64,000 nt of DNA from an uncultured Thiotrichales bacterium (GTDB lineage Bacteria > Pseudomonadota > Gammaproteobacteria > UWMA-0217), in the NCBI GenBank assembly GCA_964613895.1, contig CAZTJP010000001.1:5386-69385 (forward strand), given 5' to 3'. Each line of letters opens with the position of its first letter. The stretch's first letter is position 1. Shown here piece after piece: positions 1 through 14,033 of this stretch. A program made the position numbers and the translations under genes. The notes beneath the pieces were generated by a model. That model saw only the letters and a list, made by a program, of their open reading frames with translations. It was not told where the DNA came from and did no database searches.

Positions 1-2489
1 TTACGCACAAGCGTCGTATCTCGGCGCTGGGTCCGGGCGGGTTGACCCGTGAGCGGGCCGGGTTCGAGGTTCGTGACGTTCATCCCACGCATTACGGCAG
101 GGTCTGCCCGATCGAGACCCCGGAAGGCCCCAACATTGGTTTGATCAACTCGCTGGCAACCTATGCGCGGACCAATGAGTACGGCTTTCTTGAAACGCCT
201 TATCGCAAGGTCAAGGATGGGCGTGTCACCGATGAGATCGAGTATCTCTCGGCGATCGAGGAAAACACCAAATACATTGCTCAGGCAACGATCAACACCG
301 ACGACAAGGGCAATATCACCGATGACCTCGTTTCGGTGCGATATCGTAACGAATTCACGATGGCGAGCGCGGACAAGGTGGAATACGTCGATGTATCGCC
401 TCGGCAGATCGTATCCGTGGCCGCATCGTTGGTGCCTTTCCTCGAGCACGATGATGCCAACCGGGCATTGATGGGATCCAACATGCAACGCCAGGCCGTG
501 CCCTGTTTGCGCGCGGACAAGCCGTTGGTAGGTACCGGCATGGAGCGTGCCGTGGCCGAGGATTCCGGTTCCGCGCTGGTGGCGCGTCGTGGCGGAACAG
601 TCGATTCCGTCGATGCATCGCGCATCATCGTTCGCGTCAGTGACGCTGAAGCGGAGTCGGGTGAGTTGGGTGTGGATATCTACTCACTGCGTAAATACTC
701 ACGTTCGAATCAAAATACTTGCATCAACCAGCGCCCGCTGGTGAAGGAAGGCGACAAGATCGAGCGTGGTGATGTGCTGGCTGATGGTTCATCCACCGAC
801 ATGGGCGAGTTGGCGTTGGGACAGAACATGAAGGTCGCTTTCATGCCCTGGAACGGCTACAACTTCGAGGATTCGGTACTGATTTCCGAACGGATCGTTC
901 AGGAGGATCGTTTCACGTCCATACATATCGAGGAACTCACTTGTGTCGCCCGTGATACCAAGCTGGGTCCCGAAGAGGTCACGGCCGATATTCCCAATGT
1001 CAGTGAAAACCTGCTGGCTAAACTCGACGAGGCTGGTGTCGTCTATATCGGTGCCGAGGTCAAGCCAGGCGATATTCTGGTTGGCAAGGTGACACCGAAA
1101 GGCGAGACGCAGCTGACGCCAGAGGAAAAGCTGTTGCGCGCCATCTTTGGTGAAAAGGCACTTGACGTGAAGGACACCTCTTTGCGGGTACCTTCCGGCA
1201 TGGAAGGCATCGTGCTCGATGTTCGTGTCTATACGCGCGATGGCGTCAAAAAGGACAAACGCGCCTTGCAGATCGAGGAGGCGGAACTCGAGCGTATCCG
1301 TAATGACCTGCGGGATGAGTTGCGTATCTATACGCAGGACATCCAGGAGCGGGTTCGGGCACTGATTACCGGACAAGTTGCCGAAGGCGGGCCGAAAGGG
1401 CTCAAGTCGGGCGCCGAAGTGACCGCTGAATATCTCGACAAGCTGGACAGCACACAGTGGTTCGAAGTGCGTATGCGCGATGAGGACATCAACGTTCAGC
1501 TGGAAAAATATGCCGAGCTGATTGCGGAGCAGGAAAAGAACTTCGAGAAGCGTCTCGAAGCCGCGCGCAAGAAACTCGAGTCGGGCGATGATCTGGCACC
1601 GGGTGTATTGAAAATGATCAAGGTGCACCTGGCGGTCAAACGGCGCATGCAACCGGGCGACAAGATCGCCGGGCGGCATGGTAACAAGGGTGTGATCTCG
1701 ATGATCGTGCCGGTTGAAGACATGCCGCACGAAGAAGATGGTACGCCGGTCGATATCGTTCTGAACCCGCTTGGTGTGCCGTCACGTATGAATGTGGGGC
1801 AGGTGCTCGAAACCCATCTCGGCTGGGCGGCGCATGGCCTGGGGCTGAAAATCGGTAAGTTGCTCGATGCGCATTGCAAGGTCGAGGAAATGCGCAAGTT
1901 TCTGTCGGAAATCTATGGGTGCAATGGCGCCAAGCAGGATATCAGCAGTCTCTCGGATGATGAGTTGATGGAGATGGCGAGAAACCTGCGGGGTGGTGTG
2001 CCGATGGCGACGCCGGCCTTCGATGGCGCTGACGAGGATGAGATCCGGGAACTGTTGCGCCTGGCGGATCTGCCAGAGTCGGGGCAAACCACGCTCTATG
2101 ACGGCCGCACCGGCGAGCCTTTCGAGCGACCGGTGACCGTGGGTTTCATGCATATTCTCAAGCTCAATCATCTGGTCGATGACAAGATGCATGCACGTTC
2201 CACCGGGCCGTACAGTCTGGTAACCCAGCAACCATTGGGTGGCAAGGCGCAGTTCGGCGGTCAGCGCTTTGGTGAAATGGAGGTTTGGGCGCTGGAGGCT
2301 TATGGCGCCGCCTATACGTTGCAGGAGATGTTGACGGTGAAGTCGGACGATGTTCAGGGTCGGAACAAGATGTACAAGAATATCGTCGATGGCAATCACC
2401 GCATGGAGGCCAGCATTCCCGAGTCATTCCATGTGTTGATGAAAGAGATACGTGCGCTTGGATTGAATATCGAGCTCGAACGGGACTAG
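1..2489 (+). CDS. rpoB: DNA-directed RNA polymerase beta subunit, 5'-truncated at window edge
   Basis: Reading frame is open from position 3. Translation contains the conserved segments [46 protein letters not shown] and a C-terminus ...[16 protein letters not shown]. Directly followed by rpoC. Confidence 0.97.
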   Translation, partial: THKRRISALGPGGLTRERAGFEVRDVHPTHYGRVCPIETPEGPNIGLINSLATYARTNEYGFLETPYRKVKDGRVTDEIEYLSAIEENTKYIAQATINTDDKGNITDDLVSVRYRNEFTMASADKVEYVDVSPRQIVSVAASLVPFLEHDDANRALMGSNMQRQAVPCLRADKPLVGTGMERAVAEDSGSALVARRGGTVDSVDASRIIVRVSDAEAESGELGVDIYSLRKYSRSNQNTCINQRPLVKEGDKIERGDVLADGSSTDMGELALGQNMKVAFMPWNGYNFEDSVLISERIVQEDRFTSIHIEELTCVARDTKLGPEEVTADIPNVSENLLAKLDEAGVVYIGAEVKPGDILVGKVTPKGETQLTPEEKLLRAIFGEKALDVKDTSLRVPSGMEGIVLDVRVYTRDGVKKDKRALQIEEAELERIRNDLRDELRIYTQDIQERVRALITGQVAEGGPKGLKSGAEVTAEYLDKLDSTQWFEVRMRDEDINVQLEKYAELIAEQEKNFEKRLEAARKKLESGDDLAPGVLKMIKVHLAVKRRMQPGDKIAGRHGNKGVISMIVPVEDMPHEEDGTPVDIVLNPLGVPSRMNVGQVLETHLGWAAHGLGLKIGKLLDAHCKVEEMRKFLSEIYGCNGAKQDISSLSDDELMEMARNLRGGVPMATPAFDGADEDEIRELLRLADLPESGQTTLYDGRTGEPFERPVTVGFMHILKLNHLVDDKMHARSTGPYSLVTQQPLGGKAQFGGQRFGEMEVWALEAYGAAYTLQEMLTVKSDDVQGRNKMYKNIVDGNHRMEASIPESFHVLMKEIRALGLNIELERD

Positions 2490-2514
2490 TTGAGGACTTT
2501 TTACGGTAGCTATT

Positions 2515-5500
2515 ATGAAAGACCTACTCAATCTATTTAAGCAACAGAACGATCAGGGCCATTTCGATGCCATCAAGATCGGCCTCACTTCACCGGAGGT
2601 GATCCGTTCCTGGTCGTATGGTGAAGTCAAGAAGCCGGAAACCATCAACTATCGAACGTTCAAGCCGGAACGCGACGGGCTTTTTTGTGCCAAGATCTTT
2701 GGTCCGGTCAAGGATTATGAATGCCTTTGCGGCAAGTACAAACGCCTCAAGCATCGCGGTGTCGTATGTGAGAAATGCGGTGTCGAAGTCACCCAGACCA
2801 AGGTGCGCCGGGAGCGCATGGGGCATATCGAACTGGCCAGCCCGGTGGCGCACGTCTGGTTCCTCAAGTCGCTGCCGTCACGGATTGGTTTGTTGCTCGA
2901 CATGGCGCTCAAGGAGATCGAGAGCGTACTGTATTTCGAGGCGTTTCTGGTCGTCGATCCGGGCCTGACCACGCTGGAACGGGGGCAGTTGCTGTCCGAC
3001 GAGGCCTATCTGGAGGCGCTCGAGGAGCATGGTGATGAATTCGAGGCCAAGATGGGCGCCGAGGCGATTCTCGACATGCTCAAGAGCATCGATCTGCGGG
3101 CGGAGTCGGAGAAACTGCGCACCGAGATGAGCGAGACCAAATCGGAAACCAAGCTCAAGCGGATCGCCAAGCGTCTGAAGCTGGTCGAATCTTTCCTCGA
3201 ATCCGGCAACAAGCCGGAGTGGATGATCATGTCCGTGCTGCCGATCCTTCCGCCGGATATTCGTCCGCTGGTGCCGCTCGACGGTGGACGGTTCGCCACC
3301 TCCGATCTCAACGATCTGTATCGGCGCGTCATCAACCGCAATAACCGTCTCAAGCGGCTGCTCGAGCTGAATGCGCCGGATATCATCGTTCGCAACGAAA
3401 AGCGGATGCTGCAGGAGGCGGTCGATGCCTTGCTCGACAACGGTCGTCGCGGCCGGGCGATCACCGGCACCAACAAGCGTCCGCTCAAATCCCTGTCAGA
3501 CATGATCAAGGGCAAGCAGGGGCGTTTCCGTCAGAACCTGCTCGGTAAGCGCGTCGATTATTCCGGGCGCTCTGTCATCGTGGTCGGGCCGACACTGAAA
3601 CTGCATCAATGTGGTTTGCCCAAGAAAATGGCGCTCGAGCTGTTCAAGCCGTTTCTTTTCGGGCGACTCAATCGTCTCGGCCTGGCGACCACGATCAAGT
3701 CTGCCAAGAAGCTTGTGGAGCAGGAGATTCCGCAGGTTTGGGATATTCTCGAAGAAGTCATCCGCGAACATCCGGTGATGCTGAACCGTGCGCCGACGCT
3801 GCACCGGCTCGGTATCCAGGCCTTCGAACCCGTACTGGTGGAAGGCAAGGCGATTCGCTTGCACCCGTTGGTTTGCGCAGCTTTCAATGCGGACTTCGAT
3901 GGCGACCAGATGGCGGTGCATGTGCCGTTGTCCATCGAGGCGCAGCTCGAAGCCCGTACGTTGATGATGTCATCCAACAACGTTCTGTCACCCGCCAATG
4001 GCGAGCCGATTATCGTCCCGTCGCAGGACGTGGTGCTGGGGCTGTATTACATGACCCGCGAAAGGGTCAATGCCCAGGGTGAAGGTATGGTGTTCGCCGA
4101 TGTCGATGAAGCCAACCGGGCTTACGAGAGCCGCCAGGCATCCTTGCATGCGCGGGTGAAAGTGCGCATTACCGAGAATGTCGTCGATAACAAGGGCAAT
4201 TGGGAAAAAACCACCTCGATCAAGGACACCACCGTCGGGCGCGCGATTCTTTCGATGATTTTGCCCGAAGGTCTGCCATTCTCACTGGTGGATCAGGAAC
4301 TCAACAAAAAGGCGATTTCCAACCTCATCAATGCCTGCTATCGACGGGTGGGGCTCAAGGCCACGGTAATCTTTGCCGACCAGCTGATGTACTGGGGTTA
4401 TCGCTTTGCGACGCGCGCCGGTATTTCCTTTGCGGCAGAGGATATGGTCATTCCCGATGAGAAGGCCGGGATTCTCGAGGATGCGGAGAAACAGGTGCTC
4501 GAGATCGAATCCCAGTACGCTTCGGGGTTGGTGACTTCCGGAGAGCGTTATAACAAGGTGGTCGATATCTGGACCACGGCCAACGACGCAATCGCCAAGG
4601 CGATGATGGACAAGCTGGGGCATGAGGAGGTCGAAGATGCCGAAGGTAATGTGGTCGAGCAGCCTTCGTTCAACTCGATTTTCATGATGGCCGATTCCGG
4701 CGCTCGGGGGTCGCGGGCGCAAATTCGTCAGCTGGCCGGTATGCGCGGACTGATGGCCAAGCCGGATGGCTCGATCATCGAAACACCGATCACGGCCAAC
4801 TTCCGCGAGGGGCTGAACGTGATGGAGTACTTTATCTCCACTCATGGCGCCCGCAAGGGGTTGGCCGATACGGCATTGAAAACTGCCAACTCGGGATATC
4901 TGACCCGGCGGCTGGTCGATGTGTCTCAGGATCTGGTCATCACCGAAGAGGATTGCGGTACATCCGAAGGACTGATCATGAAACCGATCATCGAAGGTGG
5001 TGATGTGGTTGAACCGCTCAGTGAGCGGGTTCTGGGCAGAACCGTTGCCCGTGATGTCATCAAGCCGGGTGGACGCAAGGTGCTGATTCCCGCCGGGACA
5101 TTCCTTGACGAGACATGGATAGACAGTCTCGACGAACTCGGAGTGGATGAGATCGTCGTGCGCTCGGCGATCACCTGTGAAACCCGTTATGGGGTGTGTC
5201 GAAAATGTTATGGGCGTGACCTCGCCCGGGGTGGGTTGGTCAATGAAGGCGAGGCGGTCGGCGTCATGGCTGCGCAGTCGATTGGTGAGCCAGGTACCCA
5301 GTTGACCATGCGAACGTTCCATATTGGTGGTGCCGCGAGTGGTTCGGCGGCGATCAACTCGATCGAGGTCCACACCAACGGGACTGTGCGTTTGCACAAT
5401 ATCAAGACGGTGACCAACAGCAGCGGCAAGCTGGTGGCGGTATCCCGCTCGGGTGAACTGAGTATCATCGATCAGCACAACCGCGAACGGGAACGGTACA

Positions 5501-6762
5501 AGATCCCGTATGGCGCCATCATTTCTGCCAAGGATGGCGACAAGGTTGAGGTAGGTCAGGAGATTGCCAACTGGGATCCGCATACCCATCCGATCGTTTC
5601 GGAAGTGGAAGGCTGGGTGAAGTTTTACGACTTCCTCGAAGGTGTCACCATCAACAAGCATGTGGATGAAATCACCGGGTTGAGTTCGACCGTGGTGACG
5701 GATCCGAAGTCCCGTTCCGGCGCGGGCAAGGATTTGCGTCCGATGGTCAAGTTGGTCGACGAGAATGGTGATGATGTCACATTGGCCGATACCGATATTC
5801 CGGCGAACTATGTATTGCCGGGCGGTGCTATCGTCAATCTCGAGGATGGAGCGAAGGTCGAGGTTGGCGATGTCATTGCACGGATTCCGCAGGAATCCAC
5901 CAAGGCGCGGGATATCACTGGTGGTCTGCCGCGGGTTGCCGATCTGTTCGAGGCTCGCAAACCCAAGGAGCCGGCAATCATGGCAGAGGTCACCGGTACC
6001 ATTTCGTTCGGCAAGGAAACCAAGGGCAAGCAGCGTCTTGTGATCACCGATGAAAAGGGTGAAACACACGAGTCGCTGATTCCCAAGTGGCGCCATATCA
6101 ATGTGTTCGAGGGCGAGCGGGTCGAGAAGGGTGAGATCATCGCCGATGGCGAGCCTTCGGCGCATGACATCTTGAGGCTCAAAGGCGTCGAGGCATTGGC
6201 CAACTATCTCGTTCAGGAGATTCAGGATGTCTACCGCTTGCAGGGCGTGAAGATCAATGACAAGCACATCGAGGTGATCATTCGCCAGATGCTGCGAAAG
6301 GTCGAGATCACCGATCCCGGTGAAACACGGTTGCTCAAGGGGGAACACGTCGACCGCTCGCGTGTACTCGAAGAAAACGATCGGTGCCGGGAAACCGGTA
6401 AGGTGCCGGCAAAGTTCAACGAAATGCTGTTGGGTATCACCAAGGCTTCGTTGGTGACCGAATCGTTCATTTCGGCAGCTTCCTTCCAGGAGACGACACG
6501 GGTGCTGACCGAAGCCTCCGTTCGAGGCGCGCGTGATGATTTGCGAGGCTTGAAGGAAAACGTCATCGTCGGTCGACTCATCCCCGCAGGAACGGGTCTG
6601 GCGCATCACAAGGAGCAGCGTCGCAAGCAACAGAAAGATATGCCGACGTTCAGTGATCCAACCCCATCTTCCGAACCAGCGCCGGAGACCGAGGCGGCAA
6701 CGGCAGGTTCCGAGGCTTCAGTCGAGGCGGAAGGGTCTTCACCCGCACCGTCCGAAGGCTGA
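2515..6762 (+). CDS. rpoC: DNA-directed RNA polymerase beta' subunit
   Basis: 1415 aa; N-terminus [11 protein letters not shown]...[32 protein letters not shown], zinc-binding CxxC motifs, [12 protein letters not shown] catalytic motif. Confidence 0.97.
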   Translation: MKDLLNLFKQQNDQGHFDAIKIGLTSPEVIRSWSYGEVKKPETINYRTFKPERDGLFCAKIFGPVKDYECLCGKYKRLKHRGVVCEKCGVEVTQTKVRRERMGHIELASPVAHVWFLKSLPSRIGLLLDMALKEIESVLYFEAFLVVDPGLTTLERGQLLSDEAYLEALEEHGDEFEAKMGAEAILDMLKSIDLRAESEKLRTEMSETKSETKLKRIAKRLKLVESFLESGNKPEWMIMSVLPILPPDIRPLVPLDGGRFATSDLNDLYRRVINRNNRLKRLLELNAPDIIVRNEKRMLQEAVDALLDNGRRGRAITGTNKRPLKSLSDMIKGKQGRFRQNLLGKRVDYSGRSVIVVGPTLKLHQCGLPKKMALELFKPFLFGRLNRLGLATTIKSAKKLVEQEIPQVWDILEEVIREHPVMLNRAPTLHRLGIQAFEPVLVEGKAIRLHPLVCAAFNADFDGDQMAVHVPLSIEAQLEARTLMMSSNNVLSPANGEPIIVPSQDVVLGLYYMTRERVNAQGEGMVFADVDEANRAYESRQASLHARVKVRITENVVDNKGNWEKTTSIKDTTVGRAILSMILPEGLPFSLVDQELNKKAISNLINACYRRVGLKATVIFADQLMYWGYRFATRAGISFAAEDMVIPDEKAGILEDAEKQVLEIESQYASGLVTSGERYNKVVDIWTTANDAIAKAMMDKLGHEEVEDAEGNVVEQPSFNSIFMMADSGARGSRAQIRQLAGMRGLMAKPDGSIIETPITANFREGLNVMEYFISTHGARKGLADTALKTANSGYLTRRLVDVSQDLVITEEDCGTSEGLIMKPIIEGGDVVEPLSERVLGRTVARDVIKPGGRKVLIPAGTFLDETWIDSLDELGVDEIVVRSAITCETRYGVCRKCYGRDLARGGLVNEGEAVGVMAAQSIGEPGTQLTMRTFHIGGAASGSAAINSIEVHTNGTVRLHNIKTVTNSSGKLVAVSRSGELSIIDQHNRERERYKIPYGAIISAKDGDKVEVGQEIANWDPHTHPIVSEVEGWVKFYDFLEGVTINKHVDEITGLSSTVVTDPKSRSGAGKDLRPMVKLVDENGDDVTLADTDIPANYVLPGGAIVNLEDGAKVEVGDVIARIPQESTKARDITGGLPRVADLFEARKPKEPAIMAEVTGTISFGKETKGKQRLVITDEKGETHESLIPKWRHINVFEGERVEKGEIIADGEPSAHDILRLKGVEALANYLVQEIQDVYRLQGVKINDKHIEVIIRQMLRKVEITDPGETRLLKGEHVDRSRVLEENDRCRETGKVPAKFNEMLLGITKASLVTESFISAASFQETTRVLTEASVRGARDDLRGLKENVIVGRLIPAGTGLAHHKEQRRKQQKDMPTFSDPTPSSEPAPETEAATAGSEASVEAEGSSPAPSEG

Positions 6763-6863
6763 GCCAGGTTACTGGTTCGCTGCGTGAGCACGCCATCCGT
6801 ATTGCAATGGGGCGGGCGTGCGAACAATGGGGCTGTCCACAGGCATTCCGCTGCCGGAAATGC

Positions 6864-6892
6864 TTGACAGCCTCTTGCCGCCTCACTAAAAT
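6864..6892 (+). promoter_or_regulatory. candidate sigma70 promoter for the str operon (TTGACA-17 nt-TAAAAT)
   Basis: TTGACA at 6864-6869 and TAAAAT at 6887-6892 with a 17 nt spacer, ~90 nt upstream of rpsL, in the 216 bp rpoC-rpsL gap. Confidence 0.4.
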
Positions 6893-6978
6893 TCGCGACC
6901 CTCGACAGGTTGCGGCTTGGGCCGGGCCTGTCGTTTATGTTTAGGGCAGGAAAAACCTGATTATTTGGTTCTTGATAT

Positions 6979-7353
6979 ATGGCAACGATTAACCAGTTAG
7001 TACGTAAACCCCGCAAGCGCAAGGTTTCAAAGACCAATGTGCCCGCTTTGGAAGCAAGCCCTCAAAAGCGGGGGGTTTGCACGCGCGTTTATACGACGAC
7101 GCCGAAAAAGCCAAATTCCGCCATGCGCAAGGTTGCGCGTGTGCGACTGACCAATGGCTATGAGGTGAGTACGTATATCGGAGGGGAAGGCCATAATTTA
7201 CAGGAACACTCGGTCGTGCTGATTCGTGGCGGGCGGGTCAAGGATCTGCCTGGTGTGCGTTATCACACGATTCGTGGGTGTCTCGATACACAGGGTGTCG
7301 ACGGTCGTAAGCAAGGGCGTTCCAAGTATGGCGCCAAGCGTCCCAAGAAATAA
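6979..7353 (+). CDS. rpsL: 30S ribosomal protein S12
   Basis: [16 protein letters not shown]...; 124 aa; canonical uS12. Confidence 0.97.
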   Translation: MATINQLVRKPRKRKVSKTNVPALEASPQKRGVCTRVYTTTPKKPNSAMRKVARVRLTNGYEVSTYIGGEGHNLQEHSVVLIRGGRVKDLPGVRYHTIRGCLDTQGVDGRKQGRSKYGAKRPKK

Positions 7354-7359
7354 AGGTAG

Positions 7360-7836
<477 letters not shown>

Positions 7837-7906
7837 GGAGTTCTGAACAACCGTTGCTTGCGGGATTGATCCGGCAGGCGCATTGACACGAAGAGGTATT
7901 CTGGTT

Positions 7907-9997
7907 GTGGCCCGCACGACACCACTAGAGCGTTATCGCAACATCGGTATCATGGCGCATATCGATGCTGGGAAAACGACGACGACCGAGCGGGTTCTGT
8001 TCTATACCGGCATATCCCACAAGATCGGCGAGGTTCATGATGGCGCGGCCGTCATGGACTGGATGGAACAGGAGCAGGAACGGGGGATCACGATCACCTC
8101 CGCGGCAACGACCTGTTTCTGGAGCGGTATGGATCGGCAGTTCGATCAGCACCGCATCAATATCATCGACACGCCGGGTCACGTTGATTTCACGATCGAG
8201 GTCGAGCGTTCGCTGAGGGTGCTCGATGGAGCTTGCGCCGTCTTTTGCGCAGTCGGTGGTGTGGAGCCACAGTCGGAAACGGTCTGGCGTCAAGCAGATC
8301 GCTATGGAGTGCCCCGAATTGCATTCGTCAACAAGATGGATCGGGCAGGCGCGGATTTTTTGCGCGTCGTTGGTCAGATCAAGGATCGGCTGGGCGCCAA
8401 TCCAGTCGTCATGCAGATTCCCATCGGCGCCGAGGATGGTTTCGAGGGTGTCGTCGATCTGATTCGAATGCAGGCCATCTACTGGAATGAGGCGGATATG
8501 GGGGCCACCTATGAGGCGCGCGATATTCCGCCGGAGCTGGTTGATCAGTGTGAGTCCTATCGGGAGGCCTTGCTCGAAACGGTCGCCGAGTCCGATGAGG
8601 CGCTAATGGATGCCTATCTCGAAGAGGGGCATCTGGACGAAGACCAGATTGTACGCGGACTGCGCAAGCTGACGTTGGCGAATGAAGCCGTGCCGTGCTT
8701 GTGTGGCTCCGCGTTCAAGAACAAAGGCGTTCAGGCGATGCTGGATGCAGTGGTGAATTATTTGCCTTCACCGCTGGATGTGCCTGCCATCGTCGGTGAG
8801 TTGCCCGATGGTTCTGAAGGAGAGCGGCATGCATCCGATGATGAGCCTTTCTCGGCCTTGGCGTTCAAGATTGCCACGGATCCGTTCGTGGGTAGTCTGA
8901 CGTTCTTTCGTGTCTATTCCGGCGTGCTCAATTCGGGCGATGCGGTATACAACTCGGTTTCGGGCAAGAAAGAACGGATCGGACGCATCTTGCAGATGCA
9001 TGCAAATTCACGTGAGGAGATCAAAGAGGTTCGTGCTGGTGATATCGCGGCTGCGGTTGGTCTCAAGAGCGTCACGACGGGTGACACGCTGTGTGATGTC
9101 AATCATGTGATCACGCTTGAGCGCATGGATTTTCCCGAGCCGGTGATTTCGGTCGCAGTGGAACCCAAGACCAAGGTGGATCAGGAGAAGATGGGGATCG
9201 CATTGGGCAAACTGGCCCAGGAAGATCCCTCTTTTCGGGTGCATACCGACGACGAGTCGGGGCAGACGATCATCTCGGGGATGGGTGAGTTGCATCTGGA
9301 GATCATCGTCGATCGGATGAAGCGTGAATTTGGTGTCGAGGCCAATGTCGGAGCGCCACAGGTTGCCTATCGGGAGACGATTCGCAAGACGGTCGAAGCC
9401 GAAGGGAAATTCGTGCGGCAGACCGGTGGCCGAGGTCAGTACGGTCATGTCTGGCTGAAGCTGGAGCCCTTGCCTCAAGGGGAAGGCTTCGAGTTCGTCA
9501 ATGCCATCGTCGGTGGCGTGGTGCCCAAGGAATATATCGGCGCTGTCGAAAAAGGTGTCGAAGAACAGATGGGGGCTGGTGTCGTGGCGGGTTTTCCTGT
9601 CATCGATGTCAAGGTCACCTTGTTCGATGGTTCGTACCATGATGTTGACTCCAGCGAAATGGCGTTTAAAATCGCCGGCTCCATGGGCTTCAGGAATGGT
9701 GCGCTCCAGGCGGACCCGGTACTTCTGGAGCCGGTCATGAAGGTTGAGGTCGTCACTCCGGAGGAGTACATGGGCGACGTCATGGGCGACCTGAACCGTC
9801 GCCGGGGATTGGTGAGCGGCATGGATGAAGCGCCGGGTGGAAAGATCATCCGCGCCGAAGTGCCGCTGGCCGAGATGTTCGGGTATGCGACTGACCTGCG
9901 TTCCACGACACAGGGCCGGGCAACGTATTCGATGGAGTTCTCCAAATACGCCGAGGCGCCCAGCAGTGTGGCCGCGGAGTTCAAGAGAGCGTCCTGA
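7907..9997 (+). CDS. fusA: elongation factor G (canonical str-operon copy)
   Basis: GTG start at 7907 giving [35 protein letters not shown] (the ORF track starts 8 codons earlier at 7883). Purine-rich AAGAGG lies 10 nt upstream. Contains the G' insert segment [26 protein letters not shown]. Confidence 0.95.
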   Translation: MARTTPLERYRNIGIMAHIDAGKTTTTERVLFYTGISHKIGEVHDGAAVMDWMEQEQERGITITSAATTCFWSGMDRQFDQHRINIIDTPGHVDFTIEVERSLRVLDGACAVFCAVGGVEPQSETVWRQADRYGVPRIAFVNKMDRAGADFLRVVGQIKDRLGANPVVMQIPIGAEDGFEGVVDLIRMQAIYWNEADMGATYEARDIPPELVDQCESYREALLETVAESDEALMDAYLEEGHLDEDQIVRGLRKLTLANEAVPCLCGSAFKNKGVQAMLDAVVNYLPSPLDVPAIVGELPDGSEGERHASDDEPFSALAFKIATDPFVGSLTFFRVYSGVLNSGDAVYNSVSGKKERIGRILQMHANSREEIKEVRAGDIAAAVGLKSVTTGDTLCDVNHVITLERMDFPEPVISVAVEPKTKVDQEKMGIALGKLAQEDPSFRVHTDDESGQTIISGMGELHLEIIVDRMKREFGVEANVGAPQVAYRETIRKTVEAEGKFVRQTGGRGQYGHVWLKLEPLPQGEGFEFVNAIVGGVVPKEYIGAVEKGVEEQMGAGVVAGFPVIDVKVTLFDGSYHDVDSSEMAFKIAGSMGFRNGALQADPVLLEPVMKVEVVTPEEYMGDVMGDLNRRRGLVSGMDEAPGGKIIRAEVPLAEMFGYATDLRSTTQGRATYSMEFSKYAEAPSSVAAEFKRAS

Positions 9998-10027
9998 TAG
10001 AGAATTTATTGGATTTAGGTAGAGACA

Positions 10028-11212
10028 ATGTCGAAAGAGAAATTTGAGCGCACGAAGCCCCACGTAAACGTGGGCACGATCGGACACGTAGACCACGGTA
10101 AGACCACGTTGACGGCGGCGATGACGAAAGTCATGGCGGAGAAGATGGGTGGAGAAGCGAAAGCCTTCGACGAGATCGACAATGCCCCGGAAGAGAAAGA
10201 GCGCGGTATCACGATAGCGACCTCGCACGTGGAATACGAATCGGACAAGCGTCACTACGCGCACGTTGACTGTCCGGGCCACGCTGACTATGTGAAGAAC
10301 ATGATCACCGGTGCGGCGCAGATGGACGGAGCGATTTTGGTGGTATCAGCGGCGGACGGCCCGATGCCGCAGACGCGGGAACACATTCTGCTGTCGCGTC
10401 AGGTCGGCGTACCGTACATAGTTGTCTTCATGAACAAGGCGGACATGGTTGACGACGAAGAACTGCTCGAACTGGTCGAAATGGAAGTTCGCGAACTGCT
10501 CGACCAATACGACTTTCCTGGAGACGACACCCCGATCATCACCGGATCTGCGCTCAAGGCCTTGGAAGGCGACCCGGCGTATGAAGAAAAGATCGTCGAA
10601 CTGGTCAACGCGATGGACGAATACATCCCCGAGCCGGAGCGAGCGATCGACGGCGACTTTCTGATGCCGGTGGAAGACGTCTTCTCGATCTCTGGTCGTG
10701 GCACCGTCGTGACGGGCCGAATCGAACGCGGCGTCATCAAGGTAGGAGACGAAATTGAAATCGTCGGCATACGGGATACCCAAAAGACCACCTGCACCGG
10801 CGTAGAGATGTTCCGCAAACTGCTGGATGAAGGCCAGGCGGGAGACAACGTAGGCGTTCTGCTGCGTGGCACCAAGCGAGACGAAGTCGAGCGAGGACAA
10901 GTATTGTGCAAGCCGGGTTCGATCACACCGCACACCAAATTCGAAGCGGAAGTATACGTTCTGAGCAAGGACGAAGGGGGCCGTCACACCCCGTTTTTCA
11001 GCAACTACCGTCCGCAATTCTACTTTCGGACCACGGACGTGACTGGCGCGGTGGACCTGCCGGAAGGGACCGAGATGGTGATGCCGGGAGACAACGTGAA
11101 GATGACGGTGAGTCTGATCGCGCCGATAGCGATGGAAGAAGGCCTGCGCTTTGCGATCCGCGAAGGTGGGCGCACGGTGGGTGCGGGTGTTGTATCCAAA
11201 ATCATTGAGTAA
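10028..11212 (+). CDS. tuf: elongation factor Tu
   Basis: [28 protein letters not shown]...; 394 aa. Confidence 0.97.
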   Translation: MSKEKFERTKPHVNVGTIGHVDHGKTTLTAAMTKVMAEKMGGEAKAFDEIDNAPEEKERGITIATSHVEYESDKRHYAHVDCPGHADYVKNMITGAAQMDGAILVVSAADGPMPQTREHILLSRQVGVPYIVVFMNKADMVDDEELLELVEMEVRELLDQYDFPGDDTPIITGSALKALEGDPAYEEKIVELVNAMDEYIPEPERAIDGDFLMPVEDVFSISGRGTVVTGRIERGVIKVGDEIEIVGIRDTQKTTCTGVEMFRKLLDEGQAGDNVGVLLRGTKRDEVERGQVLCKPGSITPHTKFEAEVYVLSKDEGGRHTPFFSNYRPQFYFRTTDVTGAVDLPEGTEMVMPGDNVKMTVSLIAPIAMEEGLRFAIREGGRTVGAGVVSKIIE

Positions 11213-11220
11213 GCAGCATT

Positions 11221-11532
11221 ATGAATAACCAGAGTATACGCATCCGCCTGAAAGCGTTCGATCATCGTTTGATCGATCGTTCCGCCAAGGAAATCGTGGA
11301 AACCGCCAAGCGTACCGGTGCGCGGGTCAAGGGGCCGATTCCTCTTCCGACCCGCAAGGAGCGTTTTACGGTGCTGATTTCTCCGCACGTCAACAAGGAT
11401 GCGCGGGATCAATATGAGCTGCGCACCCACAAGCGGTTGATGGATATCATCGAGCCTACCGAGAAGACGGTTGATGCTTTGATGAAGCTGGATCTGGCGG
11501 CGGGCGTGGATGTGCAAATAAAGCTTAACTAA
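11221..11532 (+). CDS. rpsJ: 30S ribosomal protein S10
   Basis: [44 protein letters not shown]...; only 8 nt after tuf, so no separate S10 leader. Confidence 0.97.
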   Translation: MNNQSIRIRLKAFDHRLIDRSAKEIVETAKRTGARVKGPIPLPTRKERFTVLISPHVNKDARDQYELRTHKRLMDIIEPTEKTVDALMKLDLAAGVDVQIKLN

Positions 11533-11566
11533 GCCGATATATTCTGGCATAATGCGCGCCCTTCTG

Positions 11567-11598
11567 CGGCCCGAGCCGGTTTTTCCGGTTCGGGCCGC
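11567..11598 (+). promoter_or_regulatory. GC-rich hairpin (GCGGCCCGAGCCGG / CCGGTTCGGGCCGC) between rpsJ and rplC, preceded by a -10-like GCATAAT
   Basis: Perfect 14-bp inverted repeat with a TTTTT loop in the 120 nt rpsJ-rplC gap; the only long intergenic gap inside the S10 operon. Confidence 0.3.
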
Positions 11599-11652
11599 GA
11601 GTTTCTAAGAAATTGAAAATGGTTGGTTGAGGCCAGCCAGAGGTTGATGAAA

Positions 11653-12291
11653 ATGACGATCGGAGTCGTTGGACGAAAACTCGGCATGAGTCGGATTTTT
11701 ACCGAAGATGGCGTTTCGGTTCCTGTCAGCGTGATCGAAGTGCTGGCGAACCGGGTTTGTCAGGTGAAAAGCGACGAAACGGATGGTTACAACGCGGTTC
11801 AGGTGACTACCGGAACGCGCAAGGCTTCGCGGGTCAACAAGCCGATGGCTGGCCACTACAAGAAAGCAGGTGTGGAAGCGGGGCGTGGTTTGTGGGAGTT
11901 TCGGGTCGATGCGGATCATGGCTATGAGCCGGGCGCCGAAATCGATGCGGGAATCTTCGAAGCCGGCCAGAAAGTGGATGTCTCGGGTATCACGATCGGC
12001 AAAGGCTTTGCGGGAACCATCAAGCGGCACAATTTTGCCGGCAAGGATGCGAGTCATGGTAACTCGATCAACCACCGGACACCTGGCTCGATCGGGCAAT
12101 GTCAGACACCGGGTCGTGTTTTCAAAGGCAAGAAAATGTCCGGTCATATGGGTAATGTGAAAAGAACCCAGCAAAACCTGGAAGTCGTCAAGGTGGATAC
12201 TGACAGGAATCTGATTTTGATCAAGGGTTCCGTGCCCGGATCAAAAGGTGGTGATGTGATCATCGCTCCAGCGGTCAAGAGCAAGGTTTAG
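11653..12291 (+). CDS. rplC: 50S ribosomal protein L3
   Basis: [30 protein letters not shown]...; start chosen at the ATG 9 nt after AGAGG (the ORF track starts at 11623). Confidence 0.93.
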   Translation: MTIGVVGRKLGMSRIFTEDGVSVPVSVIEVLANRVCQVKSDETDGYNAVQVTTGTRKASRVNKPMAGHYKKAGVEAGRGLWEFRVDADHGYEPGAEIDAGIFEAGQKVDVSGITIGKGFAGTIKRHNFAGKDASHGNSINHRTPGSIGQCQTPGRVFKGKKMSGHMGNVKRTQQNLEVVKVDTDRNLILIKGSVPGSKGGDVIIAPAVKSKV

Positions 12292-12293
12292 TT

Positions 12294-12896
12294 ATGGATC
12301 TCCAGATGGTAGGCGGCGGTAGCGTCGCGGTTTCAGACGATGCTTTCGGGCGGGATTACAATCCCGCGCTCGTGCATCAGGCGGTAGTAGCCTATCTGGC
12401 TGGCGCACGCGCGGGAACCAAGGCGCAGAAGAATCGTTCGGATGTTTCCGGCGGCGGTGCCAAACCATGGCGTCAGAAGGGCACCGGCCGTGCAAGAGCC
12501 GGAACGATTCGCAGCCCGCTGTGGCGTTCCGGTGGCGTGACATTCGCTGCGCGTCCACGCAATCATGCGCAAAAGCTCAACAAGAAAATGTATCGGGCAG
12601 CACTGCGCTCGATTGTTTCCGAGCTTGCCCGGCAGGATCGTCTGGTCGTTGTCGACACTTTCGATTGTGAAACCCACAAGACGCGTGATCTTGTCAAAAA
12701 ACTTGAAGGCATCGGGTTGTCCGATGTGCTGATTGTTGTCGATGAGGTCTCGAAGAATCTGTCGTTGGCATCCAGAAATCTCCATCGCGTGGATGTCTCC
12801 AATGTGATGGGGCTCAATCCGGTAGCGTTGTTGCGTAACGAGAAAGTGTTGATGACATCTGCTGCGATCAAAAAAGTTGAGGAGTGGCTGTCGTGA
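12294..12896 (+). CDS. rplD: 50S ribosomal protein L4
   Basis: 200 aa; [35 protein letters not shown] motif. Confidence 0.95.
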   Translation: MDLQMVGGGSVAVSDDAFGRDYNPALVHQAVVAYLAGARAGTKAQKNRSDVSGGGAKPWRQKGTGRARAGTIRSPLWRSGGVTFAARPRNHAQKLNKKMYRAALRSIVSELARQDRLVVVDTFDCETHKTRDLVKKLEGIGLSDVLIVVDEVSKNLSLASRNLHRVDVSNVMGLNPVALLRNEKVLMTSAAIKKVEEWLS

Positions 12897-13189
12897 ATCA
12901 AAACAGATTGTTGCAGGTATTGCGTTCTCCGCATGTGTCCGAAAAATCGGCCATGGCGGCCGAGAATGGCAATCAGTATGTCTTCAAGGTGGCCACTGAT
13001 GCGACCAAGTTCGAGATACGCAAGGCGGTCGAGTCGATCTTCGATGTCAAGGTTCGAACCGTTCGGGTTGTCAACGTCAAGGGCAAAGCCAAGCGGTTTG
13101 GTGTGAGAAGCGGAAAACGGTCCGACTGGCGCAAGGCGTATATTCGCCTCGAAGACGGTCACGAAATCGAATTTGCTGGGGTCGAATAG
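12893..13189 (+). CDS. rplW: 50S ribosomal protein L23
   Basis: GTG start overlapping the rplD stop (GTGA), preceded by GAGGAG; [19 protein letters not shown]... Confidence 0.9.
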   Translation: MNQNRLLQVLRSPHVSEKSAMAAENGNQYVFKVATDATKFEIRKAVESIFDVKVRTVRVVNVKGKAKRFGVRSGKRSDWRKAYIRLEDGHEIEFAGVE

Positions 13190-13191
13190 AA

Positions 13192-14022
13192 ATGGCTACT
13201 GTCAAGGCAAAACCAACCTCGCCTGGTCGGCGTTTCACGGTCAGCGTGGCGCGGCCTCATCTTCACAAGGGCGAACCTTATGCGCCGTTGGTCGAAAAGA
13301 AGACCAAGTCGGGTGGACGCAACAACAAGGGGCGTATCACGACGCGCCATATCGGTGGCGGGCACAAGCAACGCTACCGCGTCATCGATTTCAAGAGAAA
13401 CAAGGATGGCGTTCCCGCCAGGGTAGAGCGTATCGAATACGATCCGAATCGTACCGCCTACATAGCCTTACTGGTTTACGCCGATGGTGAGCGCCGTTAC
13501 ATTATCGCGCCCAACTCACTTCGTGCCGGTGATACGGTTCAGTCTGGTATCGCGGCGCCGATCAAGCCCGGGAATGCGCTGCCACTGCGCAATATTCCTG
13601 TCGGTACCGTTATTCATTGCGTCGAACTCAAGCCTGGTAAAGGGGCTCAATTGGCACGCAGTGCGGGTGCATCCGTCCAGTTGGTTGCCCGCGAAGGGGC
13701 TTATGCCACCTTGCGACTGCGTTCTGGAGAAATGCGCAAGGTACTGTCGGAATGCCGGGCGACGGTGGGTAGTGTCTCCAATTCCGAGCACAACCTGGTC
13801 AAGCTGGGCAAGGCTGGCGCCAAACGTTGGCGCGGTGTTCGGCCAACGGTTCGGGGTGTTGCGATGAACCCGGTGGATCACCCGCATGGTGGTGGTGAAG
13901 GTCGGACGTCTGGTGGACGCCATCCGGTCTCCCCCTGGGGCGTGCCCACCAAGGGCTTCAAGACGCGCAAGAACAAGCGCACGGATAAACTGATTGTGCG
14001 TCAGCGCAAGAAACGCAAGTAG
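13192..14022 (+). CDS. rplB: 50S ribosomal protein L2
   Basis: 276 aa; ...[28 protein letters not shown]...[11 protein letters not shown]. Confidence 0.97.
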   Translation: MATVKAKPTSPGRRFTVSVARPHLHKGEPYAPLVEKKTKSGGRNNKGRITTRHIGGGHKQRYRVIDFKRNKDGVPARVERIEYDPNRTAYIALLVYADGERRYIIAPNSLRAGDTVQSGIAAPIKPGNALPLRNIPVGTVIHCVELKPGKGAQLARSAGASVQLVAREGAYATLRLRSGEMRKVLSECRATVGSVSNSEHNLVKLGKAGAKRWRGVRPTVRGVAMNPVDHPHGGGEGRTSGGRHPVSPWGVPTKGFKTRKNKRTDKLIVRQRKKRK

Positions 14023-14033
14023 TGAGGTGAGAA

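Noticed and set aside
789-1730. 313-aa minus-strand ORF
   Set aside because: Antisense to rpoB; low-complexity Arg/Leu/His-rich translation typical of GC-rich antisense frames.
4282-6630. 782-aa ORF on the minus strand
   Set aside because: Lies entirely antisense to rpoC, whose product is unmistakable. Long antisense ORFs are expected in high-GC DNA; the translation has no domain features.
9008-10282. 424-aa minus-strand ORF
   Set aside because: Spans the fusA-tuf junction on the opposite strand; both sense genes are certain.
11623-11652. ORF-track start of rplC ([11 protein letters not shown]...)
   Set aside because: L3 proteins begin at M-x-G-h-h-G-K/R-K-h-G-M. The ATG at 11653 has AGAGG at optimal spacing; the upstream codons are likely untranslated.
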